Source of the DNA: Octopus vulgaris
Lineage: Eukaryota
Reading direction: 5' to 3'
Length of the DNA: 64,000 bases
Assembly: GCA_951406725.2 (NCBI GenBank)
Contig: CATOCA020000001.1
Location: 9,858,001-9,922,000 of the forward strand
Shown: positions 10,200-23,117 of the stretch, piece by piece
Position numbering within the stretch: the stretch's first letter is position 1
Layout of the letters: every line of letters begins with the position of its first letter
Notes under the pieces: generated by a model
Told to the model about the DNA's origin: nothing
The model's database searches: none
The model's input: the letters and a program-made list of their open reading frames with translations, nothing else
Made by a program: the position numbers and the translations under genes

Positions 10200-11402
10200 T
10201 CTTTACTGATTAAGAGAATATTATCAGCAATGATCTACTTGAAAATGCAAAGATCATTTCAACTAAACAATGGTAAAAGTAGGTACCAGGTATTAGTGAT
10301 TAAAAAGTATGACAAGGGTTTTGTTTGGACGATCGAAATAAAGATATTGTTGTAAACAGGTTGATTACATTAAGATAATTTAGCGAGTTTAGTCCTGTGA
10401 TTCATTAAGTGTATAATATAAAGCTAAACTTCGAACCCAAATTTAATATTAATTGTTTTATATTTGAAATTATTTTTAAGTATGCTATGGTGCTCAAAAC
10501 TAAAATAATAAACGGTGGTAATATGGCAAAGATGACTTTCAAAGTATAACATAGGTTTAATCGTAAACTTGAATATATCACATAACTTCTTTTATGTCTC
10601 ATGTCTTTTTCTCTCAGCTCATTTGTTCTTTACCATTCATAGAAACTAACATTACACTTCCATCGTCACCACATTTCTTTCCAAACTTTTGCAGATCCTC
10701 TCCATTCAAGGCCCATCACTAGCTACCACGAGGCACATCGCTTTGGCCATGTCACTGACAAACAAGCCATTTGTGGCCAGCAGACACAGTAACTGTCTGA
10801 ACTTTATCAAACCCCGTTCTTACTGTGGCAACTATGTCCGCGAAAGACCCGTCCTCACAACTTATTCGGAGCCCTATCGTTAAAATCTGGGGATTGCGAG
10901 GAATTTATTAATCAAGCATTGTCACCACCACCACCACCACAACCATAATCAGCACTACTACTGCTACTACAACTACTACTACACACACCTATATAAGTGT
11001 ATATATATATATACCTATTTCTTTATTACCCAAAAGGGGCTAAACATAGAGGGGACAAACGGATTAAGTCGATTACATCGACCCAAGCGTGTAACTGGTA
11101 CTTAATTTATGGACCCCGAAAGGATGAAAGGCATAGTCAACCTCGGCGGAATTTGAACTCAGAACGTAGCGGCAGACGAAATACGGCAACGCATTTCGCC
11201 CAGCGTGCTAAAGTTTCTGCCAGCTCACCGTTATATGTGCATATATATATACATGTGTGTGCAAGTTCATACACAGACGTACATATATACATTCATATAT
11301 GGAGACATATCTGTGTGTGCGTGTGTGTGTGTATGTGCGTGCATTCAAGGAACATATACACATAATGGCATATACAGTATAGGCAGTTGAAGAACCATAC
11401 AC
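10200..11402 (-). repeat. Inverted, slightly diverged paralog of 19014-20231 (and of ~27835-29052)
   Basis: Same ORFs on opposite strands (MRHKRSYVIYSSLRLNL at 10405-10602 - versus 19805-20017 +). Both junctions were traced by eye. Confidence 0.92.
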
Positions 11403-11589
11403 CAAATGTTGAAACGGAGATAAAAAAAAACTGTTCTTGAAATATCGGTTTCAAATCGTGGTACAAGACCAGTAATGTTTTTGGAAGGCTTAACCGATTA
11501 TATTGACCCCAGAACTGGTATTTGTTTAGCTACCCTGGAAGGAAGAAAGACAAAGTCGACCTCGGCAGAATTTGATTTCCTTCCTTTCC

Positions 11590-11698
<109 letters not shown>

Positions 11699-13338
11699 TT
11701 CCTTCCTTTCTCTCCCTTCTTTCCATTCTTTATCCCTCTCTCCCTTTTACTGTCTTCATTCATACCTCTCTCTCATACTCTCTCACGGTCTGTCTCTGTC
11801 TGTCTCTCTCTCCCTCTCTCTCTCTTTCTCTCTCCCCGGCTATTACATTCTCAACATTCTGCTAGACAGAAGACAGAATTCTGAGGGGATGTCAATGCCT
11901 GCTCCTGACTACACAGGCATCTGAAACAATTAGCAAAAGTATGCTACATACTACCAGGTCCTCTTTGTTTCTCAGTCACAGCTATGCTCCCTGCTGTTAA
12001 TAAACTCCTTCTTCTTACTTATCACTGATGTGGTCCAATGAAACCCCTTGTTTCTCCTTTTCTCCGAATCAAGCATGGAATTTCTTTGTCAGACACAACT
12101 AAGGTAACTAGACAATCCCCATATAGGAAATTCTTGTTAAGTTCTTAATCCTTCTCTTGTGGCTTAGAGACGTGTAGTGAACAGGAGAGGGATGTGAATT
12201 GATCCCTGGACTTCACAGATGGTTCCTACTATCAACTCAGTGACACACCAATCCTTTGCTTTTTACATCTACTTTAAATTTAGATGAAAATCTAAGAATC
12301 CACCCCGGTGTGTAGAGACTTTGAATATGTAGAAGATGACATTTTTCTAAAAATGTTATGTTCCCAGTTTAGTAGAAAAATTGGTATCTTGGTATTTCTG
12401 GTGTGTGTGTGTATGATCGCCAAAAGTTACCGTATTTGTTGGTTCACAGCAGAACCTAATCGCCAGTGCATTCCTCCTTTCTATGAATATGGATTATTTA
12501 ACAGGTCTTAAAATATAAATCCTGCTGTCGATTTGTTTTCACTAATATCTTTCAAGGCGGTGCCCCAGCATGGACACACAAATGCTTGAAACAAGTAAAA
12601 GATCAAAGCTACAGAGAAAATAACAGCAAAGTTTCAAAAGAGGAAATAAACTTTGAACTTGGCCAAACGTTTGGCAAATACGACATGGTCATTTAGAAAC
12701 ATCTAGAAGCTGTAGATGTACCTCACCTCAAAACTAACAACAGGGGACAATGGTCTGAGAACGTTTGGAATGATTTAAGTGTTTCACTATTTAGATTAGA
12801 AAATATCGGTTTCTAATTCTGTCTCAAGGCCGCCAAACCGAGGAAGGTGGTAAATCGATTACATCAATCACAGGGCTCAAATGGTGCTTATTATCTTGAC
12901 CCCGAATCGATGTAAAGCAAAGTGGAACCCATTTGAAACCCGAACGTAAAGACGGACGAAATGCCGCAGGGCATTGTGTCCCTCAGATCAATGCTTCTAC
13001 CAGTTCACCTCCATAAGATGCGAAAATCTTAAATGAAGGGAGGAACGATTAATCATGTTTTAGGGATGAAACTAAACAGGTTTCTATGTACATACGATTT
13101 ATTTTTTTCTGATAATGAAATCAGGGAGTCTGTTACAGTGAAAGGTTGCAGTCAGTGAAGAGACACCCGGCACCGCTTGACAACCAATATTGGCATGTTT
13201 AGGTCCCAGTAACTTAGCGGTTCGGCAAAAGAAACACAGCACAATTACCAGGCTTTGAAAAAATATACAAGTACTGGGATCGATACATACAACTAAAAAT
13301 TCTTCAAGGTGGTGCACCAGCATGGCCGCAGTCTAACT

Positions 13339-13720
13339 TTCCCATCTCCGTTACAGGAAGTAATGTTTCGACCTGTAGAGTCGTTCCCAGTCACTAATCT
13401 GCTGCACTGAGGCAACCTTCATTGTGAAGCTTCGTTTAATCGCCTCGAGTTTAGCTCTTAATTTTACACGATGTGGTGGTCATCGATGGAAGCAGTAATC
13501 ACACTGGCCAAGAACAAATATCCTCCAGAGGACCATTATAGTTTCCTGCTTCTTTGAACTGAAACTTCTAAGAATTCATCCACCCAACCACCTGAATTTT
13601 ATTGCCAGCTTCGTAATATGCACATGGAAGTGTGCAACATTGGACATGTCAATGCCTAAGTCACGCCCTGATTATGAATCTGGGACCGAAATCCCTCCAG
13701 GTCCACCATATGTTGTCCGT
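13339..13720 (-). mobile_element. Decayed CR1/L2-like RT C-terminal fragment (also ~22175-22556 and ~31008-31389)
   Basis: Minus-strand translation with indels gives RDLGIDMSNVAHFHVHI...ILRSFSSK...LEAIKRSFTMKV...DWERL, homologous to the 5518-6264 ORF. Confidence 0.75.
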
Positions 13721-13983
13721 TGATAGTATGCGGTTTCGAAATGTGCAACACTAACCTGCATGGGTTCTGTATATTTCATGTCAACTGGGACCTCATATTT
13801 CTGGTTCGATTTCTCTTGATGAATAATATTCAAACCTCGGTCAACGCAAATTTTATTAGGAATTTTTCTACATTCTTAGTATTGAGTTCCTCTTTCAGTT
13901 ACATTTCATTGTCTCTCAAACTTGCGTTCAAACAATAATACTTTTAAGTACACACACGTCAGTGCATTATGTGTGTGTGTGTA

Positions 13984-14014
<31 letters not shown>

Positions 14015-14243
14015 ATGTATGTATGTATGTATGTATGTATGTATGTATGTATGTATGTGTGTGTATGTATGTATGCATGTATGTATGTATGCGTGTATGT
14101 ATGTATGCATGTATGTATGTACGTATGTATGTATGCGTATACATATATATATATATATATATTATGCATATATATATATGCATACATATACATACATACA
14201 TACGTACACACATACATACATATATATATATATATACATACAT

Positions 14244-14289
<46 letters not shown>

Positions 14290-14924
14290 AAGGATATGTA
14301 TATGTATGGTATACATGAAATATATGAAATTAACATGTGTGTGTGTGTGTGTGTATATACACATATGCAAGTAGTTTCTCCTTTTTACCTGCTGTGAGAA
14401 CCTGCTACGCCTACAAACACACACACATACATAAATATATACGGGCACACATATAGATGTAACATACACACATACACAACTGCTATAACTAATGTCAAGA
14501 TTTATCATTTGTCCTCGTGATTAAATGCACAACGCCATGTGTGTAAAGTTCACACCTTATCTCAATATACAACGTGGACAATTCTGGTAATCTCATTATA
14601 AATAAGAGTAAACTGAACGGGATTTCTGTATATTTCATCGCACTTCTCGAAGCACGCTGAGCATCCAATATATTCTTGCGAGACAATCTCTTCAGATTCC
14701 AACAGAAAACCGAATTATTTATACAGGTACGTATTATTCTTGTATTTGTTTCAATTAACAAATTATTTTCTTTTTTTTTTAAATATCGTTTAACTTTTAG
14801 TTAAAACCCTGACAACACAAACCACAATTTTTATATATTTTAAACAAATATAATTGGCACATTTCAAATATATTTTCTTCTTATAAAAACAATTTTAATG
14901 TTTTCATCTTTATTAGGAGGCAAA

Positions 14925-15575
14925 ATAAGTACCAGTTACACACTGGAGTCGATATAATCGACTTAATCCGTATGTCTGTCCTTGTTTGTCCCCTCAGTGT
15001 TTAGCCCCTTGTGGGTAGTAAAGAAATAGGTATTTCGTTTGCCGTTAGGTTCCGAGTTTAAATTCCGCCGAGGTCGACTTTGCCTTTCATCCTTTCGCGG
15101 TCGATACATTAAGTACCAGTTATGCACTGAGGTCGATATATTCGACTTAATCCGTATGTCTGCCCTTGTTTGTCCTCTCTGTGTTTAGCCCTTAGTGGGT
15201 AGTAAAGAAATAGGTTTTTCCTCTGTTTTTACATTCTGAGTTCAAATTCTGCCGATGTCGATTTTGCCTTTCCTCCTTTCGGGTCGATAAATTAAGTACC
15301 AGTTACTTACTGGGGTCGATCCAAATGACTACCCCTTCTCCCAAAACTTCTGGCCCTGTGCCTAGAGTAGAAAAGAATATTTCACTTTTATAAGGAGGCC
15401 AGCTGACAGAAAGCTTAGCAGGCCGGAGGAAATGTTTATGTTCTGAGTTCAAATATTGCCAAGTTCGGCTAGACGTTTGGAAACTGATAAAATTAGTACC
15501 AGTTGAACACTGGGCTCGATGTAATCAACTTAGCTCCGCATTGAAACTACTGGCCTTGTGCCAAAATTTGAATGA
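14925..15575 (+). mobile_element. Tandem partial copies of an octopus SINE (TTCTGAGTTCAAATTCCGCCGAGGTCGAC family), repeated in copies 2 and 3
   Basis: Repeated B-box-like GAGTTCAAATTC and AAGTACCAGTT...GTCGAT cores. A fuller copy lies at 19180-19410. Confidence 0.8.
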
Positions 15576-15669
15576 ATATTTCATCTTTACAAATAATATG
15601 TTGACATCGTAAGACTTAAACAACCTCTTAAGTATAAAAGAATTCTGTTTTTGATATATTCGTATTGAT

Positions 15670-16088
15670 AGGCACTGGAGTGGCTGTGTGGTAAGTAGCT
15701 TGTTTACCAACCACATGGTTCCGGGTTCAGTTCCACTGCATGGCACCTTGGATAAGTGTCTTCTACTATAGCCTCGGCCCGACCAAAGCCTTGTGAGTGG
15801 ATTTGGTAGACGGAAACTGAAAGAACCCCGTCGTATATATGTATATATATATATATATATATAAAATATTATTAGAGACAAAACCACTATTTTGCAAAAC
15901 AAACAAGGAAAGACTTAATCAATACATATTTATTAAAATTTTATGTATTGATTAAGTCTTTCCTTGTTTGTTTTGCAAAATAGTGGTTTTGTCTCTAATA
16001 ATATTTTATAATATTTTATTATAGAATTGGATTTAATCCTAAATCTGATTTTTTCCCTGTAAATTTGGATTTATTCCCTAATATTTAT

Positions 16089-16131
<43 letters not shown>

Positions 16132-16328
16132 ATGTGTTTGTGTCTGTGTTTGTCCCCCTAGCATTGCTTGACAACCGATGCTGGTGTGTTTATGTCCCCG
16201 TTACTTAGCGGTTCGGCAAAAGAGACCGATAGAATAAGTACTGGGCTTACAAAAGAATAAGTCCCGGGATCGAGTTGCCCGATTAAAGGTGGTGCTCCAG
16301 CATGGCCGCAGTCAAATGACTGAAACAA

Positions 16329-16333
<5 letters not shown>
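15670..16333 (+). mobile_element. Octopus tRNA-derived SINE with central microsatellite (also 24505-25170, 33378-33857, 49922-50317 on +; 35722-36117 on -)
   Basis: A-box TGGCTGTGTGG, B-box GGTTCAGT(T/C)CC, internal (TA)n(TG)n, and 3' ...GGTGCTCCAGCATGGCCGCAGTCAAATGACTGAAACAAGTAA. Confidence 0.9.
15861..16090 (+). mobile_element. Short 3'-end insertion of the Naiad-type element with an inverted 5' arm (also 24696-24925)
   Basis: 15927-16090 is the reverse complement of ~57285-57443. 15861-15928 is an inverted copy of part of it, forming a ~68-bp-arm hairpin. Absent from copy 3 at ~33545-33625. Confidence 0.88.
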
Positions 16334-16383
<50 letters not shown>

Positions 16384-16799
16384 TAAGAGTATATTCATAT
16401 ACTGTTTTTGAAAGAACAATCTAGTTTAGAATTGAACAGATTTAGAAAAATTATTTGTGAGTTCTGTGGAATTGTCCGCTGGATTCAGAAAGCCAAAGTG
16501 ATGGTTATTTAAAAGTTTACATTTGTAGATGAGTGAAGTTACGTGGCTTAGTGGTTAATGTATTCGGCTAACGATCGCAATGGAGACAAAGAGAGAGAGA
16601 GAGGGGGAGGAGAAGATTGGAAATGGCAAAGTATGGAGTTATCCTGTATGTGACATGTAACCCAGAGTAAGTCTTGTTGCTGGGTTTTAAATTCCATTTC
16701 ACTGTGAGCACTTTTGAATCCATGATTCTTCTTTATTTCCCTAATGTTAACAAGTGTCGATTAATAATCCTGAAAGCAGTAAATAGGTTTCCATGCATT

Positions 16800-17450
16800 A
16801 GCTAAGGTCAGTGGTTCAAGCTTGGCATCTTTCTTCTAATGAAGTGCGCCTCTGTTATTCGGAGGTTGACGGCATCCACGACTCTTTCTAGTATCCTGGT
16901 GGAACATTCACTTTGGCGATGTTGACCGTTCGGGAATAAAACACTGTGTTGTTTGGACTGAAAGGAATGCTCTTTCACTCTGCGGTGGATCTGTCTCCTC
17001 GTTGATCCGACGTATATGGCTTCACAGTGAGGGCGCGTGGCTTAGTGGTTAGGGCATTCGGCTCATGATCGTAAGGTTGTGAGTTCGATTCCCGGCGACG
17101 CGTTGTGTCCTTGAGCAAGACACTTTATTTCACGTTGCTCCAGTCCACTCAGCTGGCAAAAATGAGTTGTACTTGTATTTCAAAGGGTCAGCCTTGTCAC
17201 TCTCTGTGTCACGCTGATTATCCCCGAGAACTACGTTAAGGGTACACGTGTCTGTGGAATGCTCAGCCATTTGCACGTTAATTTCAAGAGCAAGCTGTTC
17301 CGTTGATCGTATCAGCTGGGACCCTCGTCGTCGTAACCGGCGGAGTCTTTTTATGGCTTCACAACAACATGTCATCTAGTTGACCACTTTCGATTTTACA
17401 CACAGAAGTGAGATCTTCTGATGATGTTTTTCAACTTATTTTCCCTCAAT
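16800..17450 (-). mobile_element. Decayed Penelope-like GIY-YIG fragment (uninterrupted at ~34349-34650)
   Basis: Copy 3 reads VVN*MTCCCEAIYVGSTRKQIHRRAKEH...LRITEAHFIRRKMTSLN, with the YIG, R, E and N motif residues of GIY-YIG nucleases. Confidence 0.7.
17027..17351 (+). mobile_element. Full-length tRNA-derived SINE with a 12-bp TSD (also 25860-26184)
   Basis: A-box TGGCTTAGTGG and B-box GTTCGATTCC. TSD TATGGCTTCACA at 17015-17026 and 17352-17363. Empty site at 34556-34567. Confidence 0.92.
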
Positions 17451-18076
17451 GTGAACCCAGTGTTTATTTCAATGCCTTCGCTTCTTCCATTTCCTCCCTC
17501 TCTTCTTCTTCCCTTTCTCTATAGTCTGCTACAACTGCTGTAGTTTCCCCAGCCACTTCAGGGTTCCGGTCCCATTGACTCCTGTCTGCTCACTGCCGTT
17601 CATGTCGTTGTGCTTCTGTCGTCTTTGTTGTTGCTGTTATTATGAACACCAGATCATTGGCCATTCTTAGCATCGGTCCTCATTCTATAGAATGAGGTCC
17701 GTATGTTTACATACATAAATAATAATCATCATCGTTTAACGTCTGTTTTCCAACTGGCATGCGTTGGGCGCTTTGATGGGAACTGGTAAGCCAGAGAGCT
17801 GCACCAGGTTCCCATTATCTCTCTTAGCATGGTTTCTGTGACTGGATGCCGATCTTTATGCCAACCACTTTTAGGAAAGTACAAGTTGGGTCATCAAGTA
17901 ATTTCCAAAACAAATATTACAGGACTGACCCCTCACAAACAGTTGTCGGATTATAATACTATACGTTCTCCCTTTCATTTTCTGTGTCTCTGTATTCTAT
18001 GTTATATATGTATATTTAGATACATGCATACACACACACACACACACACACGCACACACACACAGATATATATATA

Positions 18077-18397
18077 GAAGCACTCCGTCGGTTACGACGA
18101 TGAGGGTTCCGGTTGATCCGAATCAACGGAACAGCCTGCTCGTGAAATTAACGTGTAAGTGGCTGAGCACTCCACAGACACGTGCACCCTTAACGTAGTT
18201 CTCTGGGATATTCAGGGTGACACAGAGAGTGACAAGGCCGCCCCCTTGAAATACAGGTACAACAGAAACAGGAAGTAAGTGTGAGAGAAAGTTGTGGTGA
18301 AAGAGTACAGCAGGGGTCACCACCGTTTTAGGTGTTTTCGCTCAATAAACACTCACGACGCCCGGTCTGGGAATCGAAACCGCGAACCTATGACCGT
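18077..18397 (-). mobile_element. Related SINE in the opposite orientation (also ~26918-27238 and ~35291-35640)
   Basis: Reverse complement of the 3' half of the 17027 SINE (ACAGACACGTG(T/C)ACCCTTAACGTAGTTCTC). B-box seen as GGAATCGAAAC on +. Confidence 0.8.
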
Positions 18398-18731
18398 ATA
18401 TATATATACATGCGTATACATCAACATTTGTTTATCAGTATGCAAGTATTTGTATGTATGTGAATACATATCTGTATGTATGAATATGTACATTTGTAAG
18501 TGTGTGCATGTGTGTAAAAGATGTGTATGTGTGTGTGTGTACGCGTGCGTATGTTATTATGTACTTGTTTTTCCTGCATCACGATTTACAACCGGTGCTG
18601 GTGCGTTTACATCCCCAAAACCCATCGGTTTGGCACAACCTGCTGGAATAAGTAAGATTTTTTTTTAAATGTCCTGTGCTCCATTTGTCCAACCCAAACC
18701 CTATAATATGTTGCCCCGGCATGGCCGCAGT

Positions 18732-18799
<68 letters not shown>

Positions 18800-20267
18800 T
18801 TTATATAAATACATGTATTCATGTATGTATATACACACATATATATATATATATATATGTACATCTATCTATTTATCTATCTTATTATCTTTATATACAT
18901 ATACACACACACACACGCATACACACACACATATATATATATATATATGTATGTATATGCACCCATATGTGTGTATGTGTGCGTGTTTGTGTTACTTTGA
19001 TATAAACTTCTGTGTGTATGGTTGTTCAACTGCCTATACTGTATATGCGATTATGTGTATATGTTCTTTGAATGAACACACATACACCCGCACACACAGA
19101 TATGTCTCCATATATGAATGTATATATGTACGTATGTGTATGAACTTGCACACACATGTATATATAAATGCACATATAACGGTGAGCTGGCAGAAACTTT
19201 GGCACGCTGGGCGAAATGCGTAGCCGTATTTCGTCTGCCGCTACCTTCTGAGTTCAAATTCCGCCGAGGTTCAGTTTGCCTTTCATCCTTTCGGGGTCCA
19301 TAAATTAAGTACCAGTTACACGCTTGGGTCGATGTAATCGACTTAATCCGTTTGTCTGTCCTTGTTTGTCCCCTCTATGTTTAGCCCCTTTTGGGTTATA
19401 AAGAAATATGTATATATATATATACACTTATATAGGTGTGTGTAGTAGTAGTTGTAGTAGCAGTAGTAGTGCTGGTTATGGTGGTGGTGGTGGTGGTGAC
19501 ATTGCTTGATTAATAAATTCCTCGCAATCCCCAGATTTTAACGATAGGGTACCGAATAAGTTGTGAGGACGGGGTCTTTCGTGGACATAGTTGCCACAGT
19601 AAGAACGGGGTTTGATAAAGTTTAGAGAGTTACTGTGTCTGCTGGCCACAAATGGCTTGTTTGTCAGTGACATGGCCAAAGCGATGTGCCTCGTGGTAGC
19701 AAGTGATGGGCCTTGAATGGAGGGGATCTGCAAAAGTTTGGAAAGAAATGTGGTGACGATGGAAGTGTAATGTTAGTTTCTATGAATGGTAAAGAACAAA
19801 TGAGTTGAGAGAAAAAGACATGAGACATAAAAGAAGTTATGTGATATATTCAAGTTTAAGATTAAACCTATGTTATACTTTGAAAGTCATCTTTGCCATA
19901 TTACCACCGTTTATTATTTTAGTTTTGAGCACCATAGCATACTTAAAAATAATTTCAAATATAAAACAATTAATATTAAATTTGGGTTCGAAGTTTAGCT
20001 TTATATTATACACTTAATGAATCACAGGACTAAACTCGCTAAATTATCTTAATGTAATCAACCTGTTTACAACAATATCTTTATTTCGATCGTCCAAACA
20101 AAACCCTTGACATACTTTTTAATCACTAATACCTGGTAACTATTTTTAAATTTCTTCTCATTGTTTAGTTGAAATGATCTTTGCATTTTCAAGAAGATCA
20201 TTGCTGATATTATTCTCTTAATCAGTAAAGAAGCTAATTGTTGAAATCGAAAAATAAATATGAAAGT

Positions 20268-20455
20268 CACCAAATGTTGAAACGGAGAAAAAAAAACTGT
20301 TCTTGAAATATCGGTTTCAAATCGTGGTACAAGACCAGTAATGGTTTTGGAAGGCTTAACCGATTATATTGACCCCAGAACTGGTACTTGTTTAGCTACC
20401 CTGGAAGGAAGAAAGACAAAGTCGACCTCGGCAGAATTTGATTTCCTTCCTTTCC

Positions 20456-20516
<61 letters not shown>

Positions 20517-23043
20517 TTCCTTTCTCTCCCTTCTTTCCATTCTTTATCCCTCTCTCCCTTTTACTGTCTTCATTCATACCTCTCTCTCATACTCTCTCAC
20601 GGTCTGTCTCTGTCTGTCTCTCTCCCTCTCTCTCTCTCTCTCTCTCCCCGGCTATTACATTCTCAACATTCTGCTAGACAGAAGACAGAATTCTGAGGGG
20701 TTGTCACTGTCTGCTCCTGACTACACAGGCATCTGAAACAATTAGCAAAAGTATGCTTCATACTACCAGGTCCTCTTTGTTTCTCAGTCACAGCTATGCT
20801 CCCTGCTGTTAATAAACTCCTTCTTCTTACTTATCACTGATGTGGTCCAATGAAACCCCTTGTTACTCCTTTTCTCCGAATCAAGCATGGAATTTCTTTG
20901 TCAGACACAACTAAGGTAACTAGACAATCCCCATATAGGAAATTCTTGTTAAGTTTTTAAATCCTTCTCTTGTGGCTTAGAGACGTGTAGTGAACAGGAG
21001 AGGGATGTGAATTGATCCCTGGACTGCACAGATGGTTCCTACTATCAACTCAGTGACACACCAATCCCTTGCTTTTTACATCTACCTTAAATTTAGATGA
21101 AAATCTAAGAATCCACCCCTAAAAGGATGCTTGGGGATGCGGTGTGTAGAGACTTTGAATATGTAGAAGATGACATTTTTCTAAAAATGTTATGTTCCCA
21201 GTTTAGTAGAAAAATTGGTATCTTGGTATTTCTGGTGTGTGTGTGTATGATCGCCAAAAGTTACCGTATTTGTTGGTTCTCAGCAGAACCTAATCGCCAG
21301 TGCATTCCTCCTTTCTATGAATATGGATTATTTAACAGGTCTTAAAATATAAGTCCTGCTGTCGATTTGTTTTCACTAATATCTTTCAAGGCGGTGCCCC
21401 AGCATGGACACACAAATGCTTGAAACAAGTAAAAGATCAAAGCTACAGAGAAAATAACAGCAAAGTTTCAAAAGAGGAAATAAACTTTGAACTTGGCCAA
21501 ACGTTTGGCAAATACGACATGGTCATTTAGAAACATCTAGAAGCTGTAGATGTACCTCACCTCAAAACTAACAACAGGGGACAATGGTCTGAGAACGTTT
21601 GGAATGATTTAAGTGTTTCACTATTTTGATTAGAAAAATATCCGTTTCAAATTTTGTCACAAGGCCGGCAATATCGAGGAAGGTGGTAAATCGATTACAT
21701 CAATCACAGGGCTCAAATGGTGCTTATTATCTTGACCCCGAATCGATGTAAAGCAAAGTGGAACCCATTTGAAACCCGAACGTAAAGACGGACGAAATGC
21801 CGCAGGGCATTGTGTCCCTCAGATCAATGCTTCTACCAGTTCACCTCCATAAGATGCGAAAATCTTAAATGAAGGGAGGAACGATTAATCATGTTTTAGG
21901 GATGAAACTAAACAGGTTTCTATGTACATACGATTTATTTTTTTCTGATAATGAAATCAGGGAGTCTGTTACAGTGAAAGGTTGCAGTCAGTGAAGAGAC
22001 ACCCGGCACCGCTTGACAACCAATATTGGCATGTTTAGGTCCCAGTAACTTAGCGGTTCGGCAAAAGAAACACAGCACAATTACCAGGCTTTGAAAAAAT
22101 ATACAAGTACTGGGATCGATACATACAACTAAAAATTCTTCAAGGTGGTGCACCAGCATGGCCGCAGTCTAACTTTCCCATCTCCGTTACAGGAAGTAAT
22201 GTTTCGACCTGTAGAGTCGTTCCCAGTCACTAATCTGCTGCACTGAGGCAACCTTCATTGTGAAGCTTCGTTTAATCGCCTCGAGTTTAGCTCTTAATTT
22301 TACACGATGTGGTGGTCATCGATGGAAGCAGTAATCACACTGGCCAAGAACAAATATCCTCCAGAGGACCATTATAATTTCCTGCTTCTTTGAACTGAAA
22401 CTTCTAAGAATTCATCCACCCAACCACCTGAATTTTATTGCCAGCTTCGTAATATGCACATGGAAGTGTGCAACATTGGACATGTCAATGCCTAAGTCAC
22501 GCCCTGATTATGAATCTGGGACCGAAATCCCTCCAGGTCCACCATATGTTGTCCGTTGATAGTATGCGGTTTCGAAATGTGCAACACTAACCTGCATGGG
22601 TTCTGTATATTTCATGTCAACTGGGACCTCATATTTCTGGTTCGATTTCTCTTGATGAATAATATTCAAACCTCGGTCAACGCAAATTTTATTAGGAATT
22701 TTTCTACATTCTTAGTATTGAGTTCCTCTTTCAGTTACATTTCATTGTCTCTCAAACTTGCGTTCAAACAATAATACTTTTAAGTACACACACGTCAGTG
22801 CATTATGTGTGTGTGTGTATGTCTGTCTGTATGTATGTATGTATGTATGTATGTATGTATGTATGTATGTATGTATGTATGTATGTATGTATGTGTGTAT
22901 GTATGTATGCATGTATGTATGTATGCGTGTATGTATGTATGCATGTATGTATGTACGTATGTATGTATGCGTATACATATATATATATATATATATTATG
23001 CATATATATATATGCATACATATACATACATACATACGTACAC

Positions 23044-23074
<31 letters not shown>

Positions 23075-23081
23075 CATACAT

Positions 23082-23117
<36 letters not shown>

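Noticed and set aside
13906-14508. Many YI/CV/HT-repeat ORFs here and across the window
   Set aside because: Translations of (TA)n, (TG)n, (TATG)n and (TCTA)n microsatellites.
14690-14735. Possible donor site (ACAG/GTACGT) of a non-coding first exon in each tandem copy
   Set aside because: No matching downstream exon or promoter evidence can be established from sequence alone.
17030-17100. tRNA gene
   Set aside because: A and B boxes are present but continue into a SINE body bounded by a TSD, so this is a SINE head.
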